A DNA stretch of 64,000 nucleotides. It comes from Balanoglossus misakiensis (taxonomy: Eukaryota; Animalia; Hemichordata). Position 1 is the first letter of the stretch; every line of letters begins with the position of its first letter. The DNA lies in the NCBI GenBank assembly GCA_040954595.2, contig CM082582.2, positions 2,216,303-2,280,302 of the forward strand, read 5' to 3'. Positions 26,926 to 41,800 of this stretch are shown here, one piece after another. The notes below the pieces were generated by a model. The model made no database searches and was not told where the DNA came from. It was given only the letters and a program-made list of their open reading frames with translations. A program made the translations under genes and the position numbers.

Positions 26926-29900
26926 TTCTCCTGTCAATTCTTCGGCCAACGAGATCTCTGAAACTACTGCAGGTACACTGCTCAAACTTGCTACAGTGGT
27001 CAAGGTCAATGAGTAGATGTGCAGTGGCTTGTGAATATTTAATTAGTCACGTGACATGGCGGCCATATTGGATTTTCTAAAAAAAATGCAAATCTCAGAT
27101 CTCAGAAACTACAAGTCAGATCGACTTCAGATTTGGCGTGCAGGTAGTCTACCTTCTGCCCATCATTTTTGTAATTGTATATTTTGCTGTCAATGTTGCA
27201 GTTTTTTTGCTACAGTTGTTTTTCTGAAATCTGGCTTAAATTTCAAAAATCTTCTTCTCCAGAACCGGTGATAACCGAGTCACGCGGTTTGGGGTATATG
27301 GTCACCAAACTGATGTCTATCAAGTTTGCGAAGATCATTGTGATTGGTCGAAGATTATGGCGGCCATATTAGATTTTCGAAAAACCATAGTAAAACTCCA
27401 AAAATCTTCTTCTCCAGAAGGGGCAATAACTGAGTCGCAAGATTCGGGGAGTATGGTCTCTACACTGATGTCTATCAAGTTTGCCAGGAGCATTGTGATT
27501 GGTCGAAGATTATGGCGGCCATATTGGATTTTGTAAAAAGCAATGAAAAATTGAAATTCCTTTTTCTAGTCTAAAAATTGATAGCATACAAATTCTTTTC
27601 ATGGATATCAATCGTCATGTGACTAAAATATGTTACAAATTTTAGGCGATTTTTCACATGACCTTTGACCTACTTTTCACGCATTATTATTTCTGCATAT
27701 CTAATTCCAGGCTAACCTATAGGGGTAGACGTTTGGTTTTTGATGCATGTGGATTAGTGTGTGATCAAAATATTTTGCTACTTTCCATGACCCCTTTGAC
27801 GTCTGCTCACCTCATTAATTATGTGCATAGCTAATTACGGGCGAACCAATAGAGCTAGAGGTTTGGTTTTTGTTGGACATGGACCAGTATGGGATCAAAA
27901 TTTTTTGCCCAAATGTTGGGTGACCTCTGGTGACCTTTGACCTACTTTCGCGTATCTCAACATCCAGAGCAGATACAGCATTGGCATTTGGCAGGATGGG
28001 ACCAAAATGTAAAGCCACATTTTTGGGTCACCTGTGACACCTGTTGACCTCATTAGATATGCACATACCTTATTACCGGTGAACCAATAGAGCTAGAGTT
28101 TTGGTTTTTGTTGGACATGGCCCAGTATGGGTCAAAAAATTTTGCCCAAATGTTGGGTGACCTGAGGTGACCTTTGACCTACTTTACTCTATTTCAGCAG
28201 CAAAAATACATATGTCCTTGTTATGTCATGAGATAAAACACCCGATAGAGCATTCTGTTTCTTCTGAATCATACTGTGCATATATAATACCGGATCAGCG
28301 CTTGGGCCCGGCAATGCTGCTTGCAGCTTTAATCTGTCTTTCCTTCTTTCTTCTTTAGGGCCCAAGCGCATACCAGCGCTTGGGCCCTATTGGTTTCGTT
28401 GGGGTTTTTCTTTCTTTCTTTCTTTCTTTCTTTATTCTTCTGTCAATTCTTTGTCGCTCTAGATCTCAGACACCGCTGCAGGTACACTTCTGAAACTTGC
28501 TACAGTGGTCAAGGTCAATGAGTAGTCGTGCATTGAACCCTTGAATTTTTAATTAGTCACGTGACCTGGCGGCCATATTGGATATTCTGAAAAAATGCAA
28601 ATCTCAGATCTCAGAAACTACAAGTCAGATCGACTTCAAATTTGGTGTGCAGGTAGTCTACCTTCTACCCATCATTTTTGTAATTGGTTATTTTGCTGTG
28701 AATGTTGCAGTTTTTTTGCTACAATTTTTTTTCTGAAATCTGGCTTAAATTTCAAAAATCTTCTTCTCCAGAACCGGTGATAACCGAGTCACGCGGTTTG
28801 GGGTATGTGGTCACCTAACTGATGTCTATCAAGTTTGCGAAGATCATTGTGATTGGTTGAAGATTATGGCGGCCATATTGGATTTTCGAAAAACCCTAGT
28901 AAAATTTCAAAAATCTTCTTCTCAAGAACCGGCGATAACCGAGTCACAAGATTTGGTGTGTGTGGTCACTAAACAGATGTCTATCAAGTTTGCGAAGAGG
29001 AATGTGATTGGTCGAAGATTATGGCGGCCATATTGGATTTTGTGAAAAACGATTAAAAAGTAAAAATTCCCTTTCTAGCCTAAAAATTGATAGCACAGAA
29101 ATGCTTTTTATGGATATGAATCTTCATATGACAAGAATAAGCTATAAATATTTTGGTAATTTTGGCAATGACCTTTGACCTACTTTTGACGCATGATTTT
29201 TCTGCATATCTAATTCCAGGCTAACCAATAGGGCTATAAGTTTGGTTTTTGATGTATGTCGATTTGTATGTGATCCAAAAATTTTGCTACTTTTCATGAC
29301 CCCTTTGACCTCTGCTGACCTCATTAAATATGTACATACCTAATTACAGATGAACCAATAGACCTAGAGATTTTGTTTTTGTTATACATGGACCAGTATG
29401 GGGTCAAAATATTTTGCCCAAATGTTGGGTGACCTCAGGTGACCTTTGACCTACTTTTGCATATCTCGACATCCACAGCAGATACAGCCTTGGCGTTTGG
29501 AGGTATGGGGCCATAATGAAAAGCCAAAGTTTTGGGTCACCTGTGACACCTGCTTAACTCATTAATTATGTGCATACCTAATTATAGGCTAACCAAAAGG
29601 GCTAGAGGTCTGGTTTTTGTTGGACATGGACCACTATGGGTCAAAATTTTCTGCCCAAATTTTGGATGACCTCAGATGACCTTTGACCTACTTTTGCATA
29701 TCTCGGCATCCAAAGCAGGTACAGCCTTGGCATTTGGAGGTATGGGGCCATAATGAAAAGCCAAAGCCAAAGTTTTGGGTCACCTGTGACACCTGCTTTA
29801 CGCATTATTTATGTGCATACCTAATTCCAGGCTAACCAAAAGGGCTAGAGGTCTGGTTTTTGTTGGACATGGACCACTATGGGTTAAAATTTTCTGCCCA

Positions 29901-32900
29901 AATGTTGGGTGACCTCTGGGTGACCTTTGACCTACTTAACACTTTATCAGCACCAAACATAGATATAACCTTGATATTTCATGGGATAGAACAGCATTAT
30001 GTTTCTACTCATTAATTATGTGCATATCTAATATCAGATCAGATAATAGAGCTTGGGCCCGGACAATGCTGCTTGCAGCTTTAATTAGGGCCCAAGCGCA
30101 TACCAGCGCTTGGGCCCTATTGGTTTCGTTGGGGTTTTTCTGTCTTTCCTTCTTTCTTCTTTCTTTCTTTCTTTCTTTATTCTTGTGTCAATTCTTTGTC
30201 GCTCTAGATCTCAGACACCGCTGCAGGTACACTTCTCAAACTTGCTACAGTGGTCAAGGTCAATGAGTAGTCGTGCATTGAACCTGTGAATTTTTAATTA
30301 GTCACGTGACCTGGCGGCCATCTTGGATTTTCTAAAAAAATGCAAATCTCAGATCTCAGAAACTACAAGTCAGATCGACTTCAAATTTGGCATGCTGGTA
30401 GACTACCTTCTGCCCATCATTTTTGTAATTGGAAATTATGCTGACAATGTTGCAGTTTTTTTGCTACAATTTTTTTTCTGAAATCTGGCTTAAATTTCAA
30501 AAATCTTCTTCTCCAGAACCGGCGATAACCGAGTCACGTCGTTTGGGGTATGTGGTCACCTAACAGATGTCTATCAAGTTTGCGAAGATCATTGTGATTG
30601 GTCGAAGATTATGGCGGCCATATTGGATTTTCGAAAAACCATAGTAAAACTTCAAAAATATTCTTTTCCAGAACGGGCGATAACCGAGTCACAAGATTTG
30701 GTGTGTGTGGTCATTAAACAGATGTCTATCAAGTTTGAGAAGGGGAATGTGATTGGTCGAAGATTATGGCGGCCATATTGGATTTTGTGAAAAACGATTA
30801 AAAAGTAAAAATTCCTTTTCTAGCCTAAAAATTGATAGCACAGAAATTCTTTAGATGGATATGAATCATCATATGACAAGAATAAGCTATAAATATTTTG
30901 GTAATTTTGGCAATGACCTTTGACCTACTTTTGACGAATCATTTTTCTGCATATCTAATTCCAGGCTAACCAATACGGCTATAAGTTTGGTTTTTGATGT
31001 ATGTGGATTTGTATGTGATCAAAAAATGTTGCTACTTTTCATGACCCCTTTGACCTCTGGTGACCTCATTAAATATGCGCATACCTAATTAATGATGAAC
31101 CAATAGACCTAGAGGTTTTGTTTTTGTTATACATGGACCAGTATGGGGTCAAAAATTTTTGCCCAAATGTTGGGTGACCTCGGGTGACCTTTGACCTACT
31201 TTGGCATATCTTGACATCCACAGCAGATACAGCCTTGGCGTTTGGAGGTATAGGGCCATAATGAAAAGCCAAAGTTTCGGGTCACCTGTGACACCTGCTT
31301 AACTCATTATTTATGTGCATACCTAATTCCGGGCTAACCAAAAGGGCTAGAGATCTGGTTTTTGTTGGACATAGACCATTATGGGTCAAAATATTCTGCC
31401 CAAATAATTGGTGACCTCTGGGTGACCTTTGACCTACTTAATACTATGTCAACAACAAACCTAGATATAACCTTGATATTTTATGGGATAAAACACAGCA
31501 TTATGTTTCTACTCATTAATTATGTGCATATCTAATAATCAGATCAGATAATAGAGCTTGGGCCCGAACAATGCTGCTTGCAGCTTTAATTAGGGCCCAA
31601 GCGCATACCAGCGCTTGGGCCCTATTGGTTTCGTTGGGGTTTTTCTTTCTTCTTTCTTTCTTTATTCTTGTGTCAATTCTTTGTCGCTCTAGATCTCAGA
31701 CACCGCTGCAGGTACACTTCTGAAACTTGCTACAGTGGTCAAGGTCAATGAGTAGTCGTGCATTGAACCTGTGAATTTTTAATTAGTCACGTGACCTGGC
31801 GGCCATATTGGATTTTCTGAAAAAATGCAAATCTCAGATCTCCGAAACTACAAGTCAGATCAACTTCAAATTTGGTGTGCAGGTAGTCTACCTTCTACCC
31901 ATCATTTTTGTAATTGGATATTTTGCTGTAAATGTTGCAGTTTTTTTGCTACAATTTTTTTTCTGAAATCTGGCTTAAATTTCAAAAATCTTCTTCTCCA
32001 GAACCGGTGATAACTGAGTCACGCGGTTTGGGGTATGTGGTCACCTAACTGATGTCTATCAAGTTTGCGAAGATCATTGTGATTGGTCGAAGATTATGGC
32101 GGCCATATTGGATTTTCGAAAAACCATAGTAAAACTTCAAAAATCTTCTTCTCAAGAACGGGCGATAACCGAGTCACAAGATTTGGTGTGTGTGGTCATT
32201 AAACAGGTGTCTATCAAGTTTGCGAAGGGGAATGTGATTGGTCGAAGATTATGGCGGCCATATTGGATTTTGTGAAAAACGATTAAAAAGTAAAAATTCC
32301 TTTTCTAGCCTAAAAATTGATAGCACAGAAATTCTTTTTATGGATATGAATCATCATATGACAAGAATAAGCTATAAATATTTTGGTAATTTTGGCAATG
32401 ACCTTTGACCTACTTTTGACGCATCATTTTTCTGCATATCTAATTCCAGGCTTACCAATAGGGCTATAAGTTTGGTTTTTGATGTATGTGGATTTGTATG
32501 TGATCAAAAAATGTTGCTACTTTTCATTACCCCTTTGACCTCTGGTGACCTCATTAAATATGCGCATACCTAATTAATGATGAACCAATACACCTAGAGG
32601 TTTTGTTTTTGTTATACATGGACCAGTATGGGGTCAAAATATTTTGCCCAAATGTTGGGTGACCTCGGGTGACCTTTGACCTACTTTTGCATATCTCGAC
32701 ATCCACAGCAGATACAACCTTGGCGTTTGGAGGTATGGGGCCATAATGAAAAGCCAAAGTTTTGGGTCACCTTTGACACCTGCTTAACTCATTATTTATG
32801 TGCATACCTAATTCCGGGCTAACCAAAAGGGCTAGAGGTCTGGTTTTTGTTGGACATGGACCACTATGGGTCACAATTTTCTGCCCAAATTGTGGGTGAC

Positions 32901-35900
32901 CTCTGGGTGACCTTTGACCTACTTAACACTATATCAACACCAAGCATAGATATAACCTTGATATTTCATGGGATAAAACACAGCATTATGTTTCTACTCA
33001 TTAATTATGTGCATATCTAATAATCTGATCAGATAATAGAGCTTGGGCCCGGACAATGCTGCTTGCAGCTTTAATTCTTTCTTTATTCTTGTGTCAATTC
33101 TTTGTCGCTCTAGATCTCAGACACCGCTGCAGGTACACTTCTGAAACTTGCTACAGTGGTCAAGGTCAATGAGTAGTCGTGCATTGAACCCTTGAATTTT
33201 TAATTAGTCACGTGACCTGGCGGCCATCTTGGATTTTCTGAAAAAATGCAAATCTCAGATCTCAGAAACTTCAAGTCAGATCAACTTCAAATTTGGCATG
33301 CAGGTAGACTACCTTCTACCCATCATTTTTGTAATTGGAAATTTTGCTGTCAATGTTGCAGTTTTTTCGCTACAATTTTTTTTCTGAAATCTGGCTTAAA
33401 TTTCAAAAATCTTCTTCTCCAGAACCGGTGATAACCGAGACACGGGGTTTGGGGTATGTGGTCACCTAACTGATGTCTATCAAGTTTGCGAAGATCATTG
33501 TGATTGGTCGAAGATTATGGCGGCCATATTGGATTTTCAAAAAACCATAGTTAAACTCCAATAATCTTCTTTTCCAGAATGGGCGATGACTGAGTTGCAA
33601 GATTCGGGGAGTATGGTCACTACACTGATGTCTATCAAGTTTGCAAAGAGCATTGTGATTGGTCGAAGATTATGGCGGCCATATTGGATTTTGTAAAAAG
33701 CAGTGAAAATTTTAAATTCCTTTTTCTAATCTAAAAATTGATAGCATACAAATTCTTTTTATGGATATAAATCGTCATGTGACTAAAATATGTTACAATT
33801 TTTTGGTGATTTTTCACATGACCTTTGACCTACTTATCACGCGTTATTATATCTGCATATCTAATTCCAGGCTAACCTATAGGGCTAGACGTTTGGTTTT
33901 TACTGAATGTGGATTAGTGTGTGATCAAAATATTTTGCTACTTTTCATGACCCCTTTGACCTCTGCTGACCTCATTAATTATGTGCATAGCTAATTACAG
34001 GCGAACCAATAGAGCTAGAGGTTTGGTTTTTGTTGGACATGGACCAGTATGGGATCAAAATTTTTTGCCCAAATGTTGGGTGACCTCTGGTGACCTTTGA
34101 CCTACTTTCGCATATCTCAGCATCCAGAGCAGATACAGCCATGGCATTTGGTAGGATGGGACCAAAATGTAAAGCCACATTTTTGGGTCACCTGTGACAC
34201 CTGCTGACCTCATTAAATATGCACATACCTAATTACAGGCGAACCAATAGAGCTAGAGTTTTGGTTTTTGTTGGACATGGACCAGTATGGGTAAAAAAAA
34301 AATGCCCAAATGTTGGGTGACCTCAGGTGACCTTTGACCTACATCACCCTATTTCAGCAGCAAAAATACACACGTCCTTGTTATGTCATGAGATAATACA
34401 TCCGATAGAAAATTCTGTTTCTTCTCATTCATACTGTGCATATATAATTCAAGATCAGCGCTTGGGCCCGACAATGCTGCTCGCAGCTTTAATTAGGGCC
34501 CAAGCGCATACCAGCGCTTGGGCCCTATTGGTTTCGTTGGGGTTTTTCAGTCTTTCTTTCCTTCTTTATTCTTGGTTCCATTTTTCGGCCACCTAAATCT
34601 CAAAAACTGCAGCACCAACCAGGCTGAAACTTGGTAGGCAGATAGGGGCCAATGAGTAGATGTGCAGTGGCTCGTGAATATTTAATTAGTCACGTGACCT
34701 GGCGGCCATATTGGATTTTCTGAAAAAATGCAAATCTCAGATCTCAGAAACTACAATTCAGATTGACTTCAAATTTGGTGTGCAGCTAGTATACCTTATG
34801 CCCATCATTTTTGTAATTGGATATTATGCTGTCAATGTTGCAGTTTTTTTGCTACAGTTGTTTTTCTGAAATCTGGTCAAATTTTCAAAAATCTTCTTCT
34901 CCAGAACCGGCAATAACCGAGTCACGCCATTTGAGGTATGTGGTCACCTAACTGATGTCTATCAAGTTTGCGAAGATCATTGTGATTGGTCGAAGATTAT
35001 GGCGGCCATATTGGATTTTCGAAAAACCATAGTAAAACTTCAAAAATCTTCTTCTCCAGAACGGGCAATAACTGAGTCGCAAGATTCGGGGAGTATGGTC
35101 ACAACACTGATGTCTATCAAGTCTGCAAAGAGCATTGTGATTGGTCGAAGATTATGGCGGCCATATTGGATTTTGTAAAAAGCAGTGAAAAATTGAAATT
35201 CCTTTTCCTTGTCTAAAAATTGATAGCATCTAAATTCTGTTCATGGATATCAATCGTCATGTGACTAAAATATGTTACAAATTTTTGGCGATTTTTCACA
35301 TGACCTTTGACCTACTTATCACGCGTTATTATTTCTGCATATCTAATTCCAGGCTAACCTATAGGGCTAGACTTTTGGTTTTTGATGCATGTGGATTAGT
35401 GTGTGATCAAAATATTTTGCTACTTTTCATGACCCCTTTGACCTCTGCTGACCTCATTAATTATGTGCATAGCTAATTACAGGCGAACCAATAGAGCTAG
35501 AGGTTTGGTTTTTGTTGGACATGGACCAGTATGGGATCAAAAATTTTTGTCCAATTGTTGGGTGACCTCTGGTGACCTTTGACCTACTTTCGCATATCTC
35601 AGCATCCAGAGCAGATACAGCCATGGCATTTGGTAGGATGGGACCAAAATGTAAAGCCACATTTTTGGGTCACCTGTGACACCTGCTGACCTCATTAAAT
35701 ATGCACATACCTAATTACAGACGAACCAATAGAGCTAGAGTTTTGGTTTTTGTTGGACATGGACCAGTATGGGTCAAAAAAATTGCCCAAATGTTGGGTG
35801 ACCTCAGGTGACCTTTGACCTACTTCACCCTATTTCAGCAGCAAAAATACACACATCCTTGTTATGTCATGAGATAATACATCCGATAGAAAATTCTGTT

Positions 35901-38821
35901 TTTTCTCATTCAAACTGTGCATATGTAATTCAAGATCAGCGCTTGGGCCCGACAATGCTGCTCGCAGCTTTAATTTATTCTTGGTTCCATTTTTCGGCCA
36001 CCTAAATCTCAAAAACTGCAGCACCAACCAGGCTGAAACTTGGTAGGCAGATAGGGGCCAATGAGTAGATGTGCAGTGGCTCGTGAATATTTAATTAGTC
36101 ACGTGACCTGGCGGCCATATTGGATTTTCTGAAAAAATGCAAATCTCAGATCTCAGAAACTACAAGTCAGATTGACTTCAAATTTGGTGTGCAGCTAGTA
36201 TACCTTATGCCCAACATTTTTGTAATTGGATATTATGCTGTCAATGTTGCAGTTTTTTTGCTACAGTTGTTTTTCTGAAATCTGGTCAAATTTTCAAAAA
36301 TCTTCTTCTCCAGAACCGGCGATAACCGAGTCACGCCATTTGAGGTATGTGGTCACCTAACTGATGTCTATCAAGTTTGCGAAGATCATTGTGATTGGTC
36401 GAAGATTATGGCGGCCATATTGGATTTTCGAAAAACCATAGTAAAACTTCAAAAATCTTCTCCTCCAGAACGGGCGATAACCGAGTCACAAGATTTGGTG
36501 TGTGTGGTCATTAAACAGATGTCTATCAAGTTTGCGAAGGGGAATGTGATTGGTCGAAGATTATGGCGGCCATATTGGATTTTGTGAAAAACGATTAAAA
36601 AGTAAAAATTCCTTTTCTAGCCTAAAAATTGATAGCACAGAAATTCTTTTTATGGATATGAATCATCATATGACAAGAATAAGCTATAAATATTGTGGTA
36701 ATTTTGGCAATGACCTTTGACCTACTTTTGACGCATCATTTTTCTGCATATCTAATTCCAGGCTAACCAATAGGGCTATAAGTTTGGTTTTTGATGTATG
36801 TGGATTTGTATGTGATCAAAAAATTTTGCTACTTTTCATGACCCCTTTGACCTCTGCTGACCTCATTAAATATGCACATACCTAATTACAGATGAACCGA
36901 TAGACCTAGAGATTTTGTTTTTGTTATACATGGACCAGTATGGGGTCAAAATATTTTGCCCAAATGTTGGGTGACCTCGGGTGACCTTTGACCTACTTTT
37001 GCATATCTCGACATCCACAGCAGATACAGCCTTGGCATTTGGAGGTATGGGGCCATAATGAAAAGCCAAAGTTTTGGGTCACCTGTGACACCTGCTTTAC
37101 TCATTATTTATGTGCATACCTAATTCCGGGCTAACCAAAATGGCTAGAGGTCTGGTTTTTGTTGGACATGGACCACTATGGGTCAAAATGTTCTGCCCAA
37201 ATTGTGGATGACCCCTGGGTGACCTTTGATGTTTCTACTCATTAATTATGTGCATATCTAATAATCAGATCAGATAATAGAGCTTGGGCCCGGACAATGC
37301 TGCTTGCAGCTTTAATTCTTTCTTTATTCTTGGTTCCATTCTTTGGCCAACGAGATCTCAGACACCGCTGCAGGTACACTTCTCAAACTTGCTACAGTGG
37401 TCAAGGTCAATGAGTAGATGTGCAGTGACTTGTGAATACTTAATTAGTCACGTGACCTGGCGGCCATATTGGATTTTCTGAAAAAATGCAAATCTCAGAT
37501 CTCAGAAACTACAAGTCAGATCGACTTCAAATTTGGCATGCAGGTAGACTTCCTTGTACCCATCATTTTTGTAATTAGAAATTTTGCTGTCAATGTTGCA
37601 GTTTTTTTGCTACAGTTGTTTTTCTGAAATCTGGCTTAAATTTCAAAAATCTTCTTCTCCAGAACCGGTGATAACCGAGTCACACCGTTTGGGGTATGTG
37701 GTCACCTAACTGATGTCTATCAAGTTTGCGAAGATCATTGTGATTGGTCGAAGATTATGGCGGCCATATTGGATTTTCGAAAAACCGTAGTTAAACTCCA
37801 AAAATCTTCTTCTCCAGAACAGGCGATGACTGAGTCGCAAGATTCGGGGAGTGTGGTCACTACACTGATGTCTATCAAGTTTGCAAAGAGCATTGTGATT
37901 GGTCGAAGATTATGGCGGCCATATTGAATTTTGTAAAAAGCAGTGAAAAATTTAAATTCCTTTTTCTAGTCTAAAAATTGATAGCATACAAATTCTTTTC
38001 ATGGATATCAATCGTCATATGACTACAATATGTTACAAATTTTTGGCGATTTTTCACATGACCTTTGACCTACCTATCACGCGTTATTATTTCTGCATAT
38101 CTAATTCCAGGCTAACCTATAGGGCTAGACGTTTGGTTTTTGATGAATGTGGATTAGTGTGTGATCAAAATATTTTGCTACTTTTCATGACCCTTTTGAC
38201 CTCTGCTGACCTCATTAATTATGTGCATAGCTAATTACAGGCGCACCGATAGAGCTAGAGGTTTGGTTTTTGTTGGACATGGACCAGTATGGGATCACCA
38301 TTTTTTGCCCAAATGTTGGGTGACCTCTGGTGACCTTTGACCTACTTTCGCATATCTCAGCATCCAGAGCAGATACAGCCATGGCATTTGGTAGGATGGG
38401 ACCAAAATGTAAAGCCACATTTTTGGGTCACCTGTAACACCTGCTGACCTCATTAAATATGCACATACCTAATTACAGGCGAACCAATAGAGCTAGAGTT
38501 TTGGTTTTTGTTGGACATGGACCAGTATGGGTAAAAAAAATTGCCCAAATGTTGGGTGACCTCAGGTGACCTTTGACTTACTTCACCCTATTTCAGCAGC
38601 AAAAATACACACATCCTTGTTATGTCATGAGATAATACATCCGATAGAAAATTCTGTTTCTTCTCATTCATACTGTGCATATATAATTCAAGATCAGCGC
38701 TTGGGCCCGACAATGCTGCTCGCAGCTTTAATTCTTTCTTTCTTTCTTTATTCTTGTGTCAATTCTTCGGCCAACGAGATCTCTGAAACTACTGCAGGTA
38801 CACTTCTCAAACTTGCTACAA

Positions 38822-41800
38822 TGGTCAAGGTCAATGAGTAGATGTGCAGTGACTTGTGAATACTTAATTAGTCACGTGACCTGGCGGCCATATTGGATTT
38901 TCTGAAAAAATGCAAATCTCAGATCTCAGAAACTACAAGTCAGATCGACTTCAAATTTGGCATGCAGGTAGACTACCTTCTACCCATCATTTTTGTAATT
39001 GGAAATTTTGCTGTCAATGTTGCAGTTTTTTTGCTACAATTTTTTTTCTGAAATCTGGCTTAAATTTCAAAAATCTTCTTCTCCAGAACCGGTGATAACC
39101 GAGACACGGGGTTTGGGGTATGTGGTCACCTAACTGATGTCTATCAAGTTTGCGAAGATCATTGTGATTGGTCGAAGATTATGGCGGCCATATTGGATTT
39201 TCGAAAAACCATAGTTAAAATCCAAAAATCTTCTTCTCCAGAACTGGAGATGACTGAGTTGCAAGATTCGGGGAGTATGGTCACTACACTGATGTCTATC
39301 AAGTTTGCAAAGAACATTGTGATTGGTCGAAGATTATGGCGGCCATATTGGATTTTGTAAAAAGCAGTGAAAAATTGAAATTCCTTTTTCTAGTCTAAAA
39401 ATTGATAGCATACAAATTCTTTTTATGGACATCAATCGTCATGTGACTAAAATATTATACAATTTTTTGGCGATTTTTCACATGACCTTTGACCTACTTA
39501 TCACGCATTATTATTTCTGCATATCTAATTCCAGGCTAACCTATAGGGCTAGACGTTTGGTTTTTGATGAATTTGGATTAGTGTGTGATCAAAATATTTT
39601 GCTACTTTTCATGACCCCTTTGACCTCAGCTGACCTCATTAATTATGTGCATAGCTAATTACACGCGAACCAATAGAGCTAGAGGTTTGGTTTTTGTTGG
39701 ACATGGACCAGTATGGGATCAAAATTTTTTGCCCAAATGTTGGGTGACCTCTGGTGACCTTTGACCTACTTTCGCATATCTCAGCATCCAGAGCAGATAC
39801 AGCCATGGCATTTGGTAGGATGGGTCCAAAATGTAAAGCCACATTTTTGGGTCACCTGTAACATCTGCTGACCTCATTAAATATGCACATACCTAATTAC
39901 AGGCGAACCAATAGAGCTAGAGTTTTGGTTTTTGTTGGACATGGTACAGTATTGGTCAATAAATTTTGCCCAAATGTTGGGTGACCTCAGGTGACCTTTG
40001 ACCTACTTTACTCTATTTCAGCAGGAAAAATACATATGTCCTTGTTATGTCATGAGATAAAACACCTGATAGAGCATTCTGTTTCTTCTCATTCATACTG
40101 TGCATATATAATACCGGATCAGCGCTTGGGCCCGACAATGCTGCTTGCAGCTTTAATCTTTCTTTCTTTCTTTATTCTTGTGTCAATTCTTTGGGCAACG
40201 AGATCTCAGACACCGCTGCAGGTACACTTCTCAAACTTGCTACAGTGGTCAAGGTCAATGAGTAGATGTGCAGTGACTTGTGAATACTTAATTAGTCACG
40301 TGACCTGGCGGCCATATTGGATTTTCTGAAAAAAATCAAATCTCAGATCTCAGAAACTACAAGTCAGATCGACTTCAAATTTGGCATGCAGGTAGACTAC
40401 CTTCTACCCATCATTTTTGTAATTGGAAATTTTGCTGTCAATGTTGCAGTTTTTTTGCTACAATTTTTTTTCTGAAATCTGGCTTAAATTTCAAAAATCT
40501 TCTTCTCCATAACCGGTGATAACCGAGACACGGGGTTTGGGGTATGTGGTCACCTAACAGATGTCTATCAAGTTTGCGAAGATCATTGTGATTGGTCGAA
40601 GATTATGGCGGCCATATTGGATTTTCGAAAAACCATAGTTAAACTCCAAAAATCTTCTTCTCCAGAACGGGCGATGACTGAGTCGCAAGATTCGGGGAGT
40701 ATGGTCACTACACTGATGTCTATCAAGTTTGCAAAGAACATTGTGATTGGTCGAAGATTATGGCGGCCATATTGGATTTTGTAAAAAGCAGTGAAAAATT
40801 GAAATTCCTTTTTCTAGTCTAAAAATTGATAGCATACAAATTCTTTTTATGGATATCAATCGTCATGTGACTAAAATATGTTACAATTTTTTGGCGATTT
40901 TTCACATGACCTTTGACCTACTTATCACGCGTTATTATTTCTGCATATCTAATTCCAGGCTAACCTATAGGGCTAGACGTTTGGTTTTTGATGAATGTGG
41001 ATTAGTGTGTGATCAAAATATTTTGCTACTTTTCATGACCCCTTTGACCTCTGCTGACCTCATTAATTATGTGCATAGCTAATTACAGGCGAATCAATAG
41101 AGCTAGAGGTTTGGTTTTTGTTGGACATGGACCAGTATGGGATCAAAATTTTTTGCCCAAATGTTGGGTGACCTCTGGTGACCTTTGACCTACTTTCGCG
41201 TATCTCAGCATCCAGAGCAGATACAGCCATGGCATTTGGTAGGATGGGACCATAATGTAAAGCCACATTTTTTGGGTCACCTGTGACACCTGCTGACCTC
41301 ATTAAATATGCACATACCTAATTACAGGCGAACCAATAGAGTTAGAGTTTTGGTTTTGGTTGGACATGGACTAGTATGGGTAAAAAAAAATTGCCCAAAT
41401 GTTGGGTGACCTTAGGTGACCTTTCACCTACTTCACCCTATTTCAGCAGCAAAATACACACATCCTTGTTATGCCATGAGATAATACATCCGATAGAAAA
41501 TTCTGTTTCTTCTCATTCATACTGTGCATATATAATTCAAGATCAGCGCTTGGGCCCGACAATGCTGCTCGCAGCTTTAATTCTTTCTTTCTTTCTTTAT
41601 TCTCCTGTCAATTCTTCGGCCAACGAGATCTCTGAAACTACTGCAGGTACACTGCTCAAACTTGCTACAGTGGTCAAGGTCAATGAGTAGATGTGCAGTG
41701 ACTTGTGAATACTTAATTAGTCACGTGACCTGGCGGCCATATTGGATTTTCTGAAAAAATGCAAATCTCAGATCTCAGAAACTACAAGTCAGATCGACTT

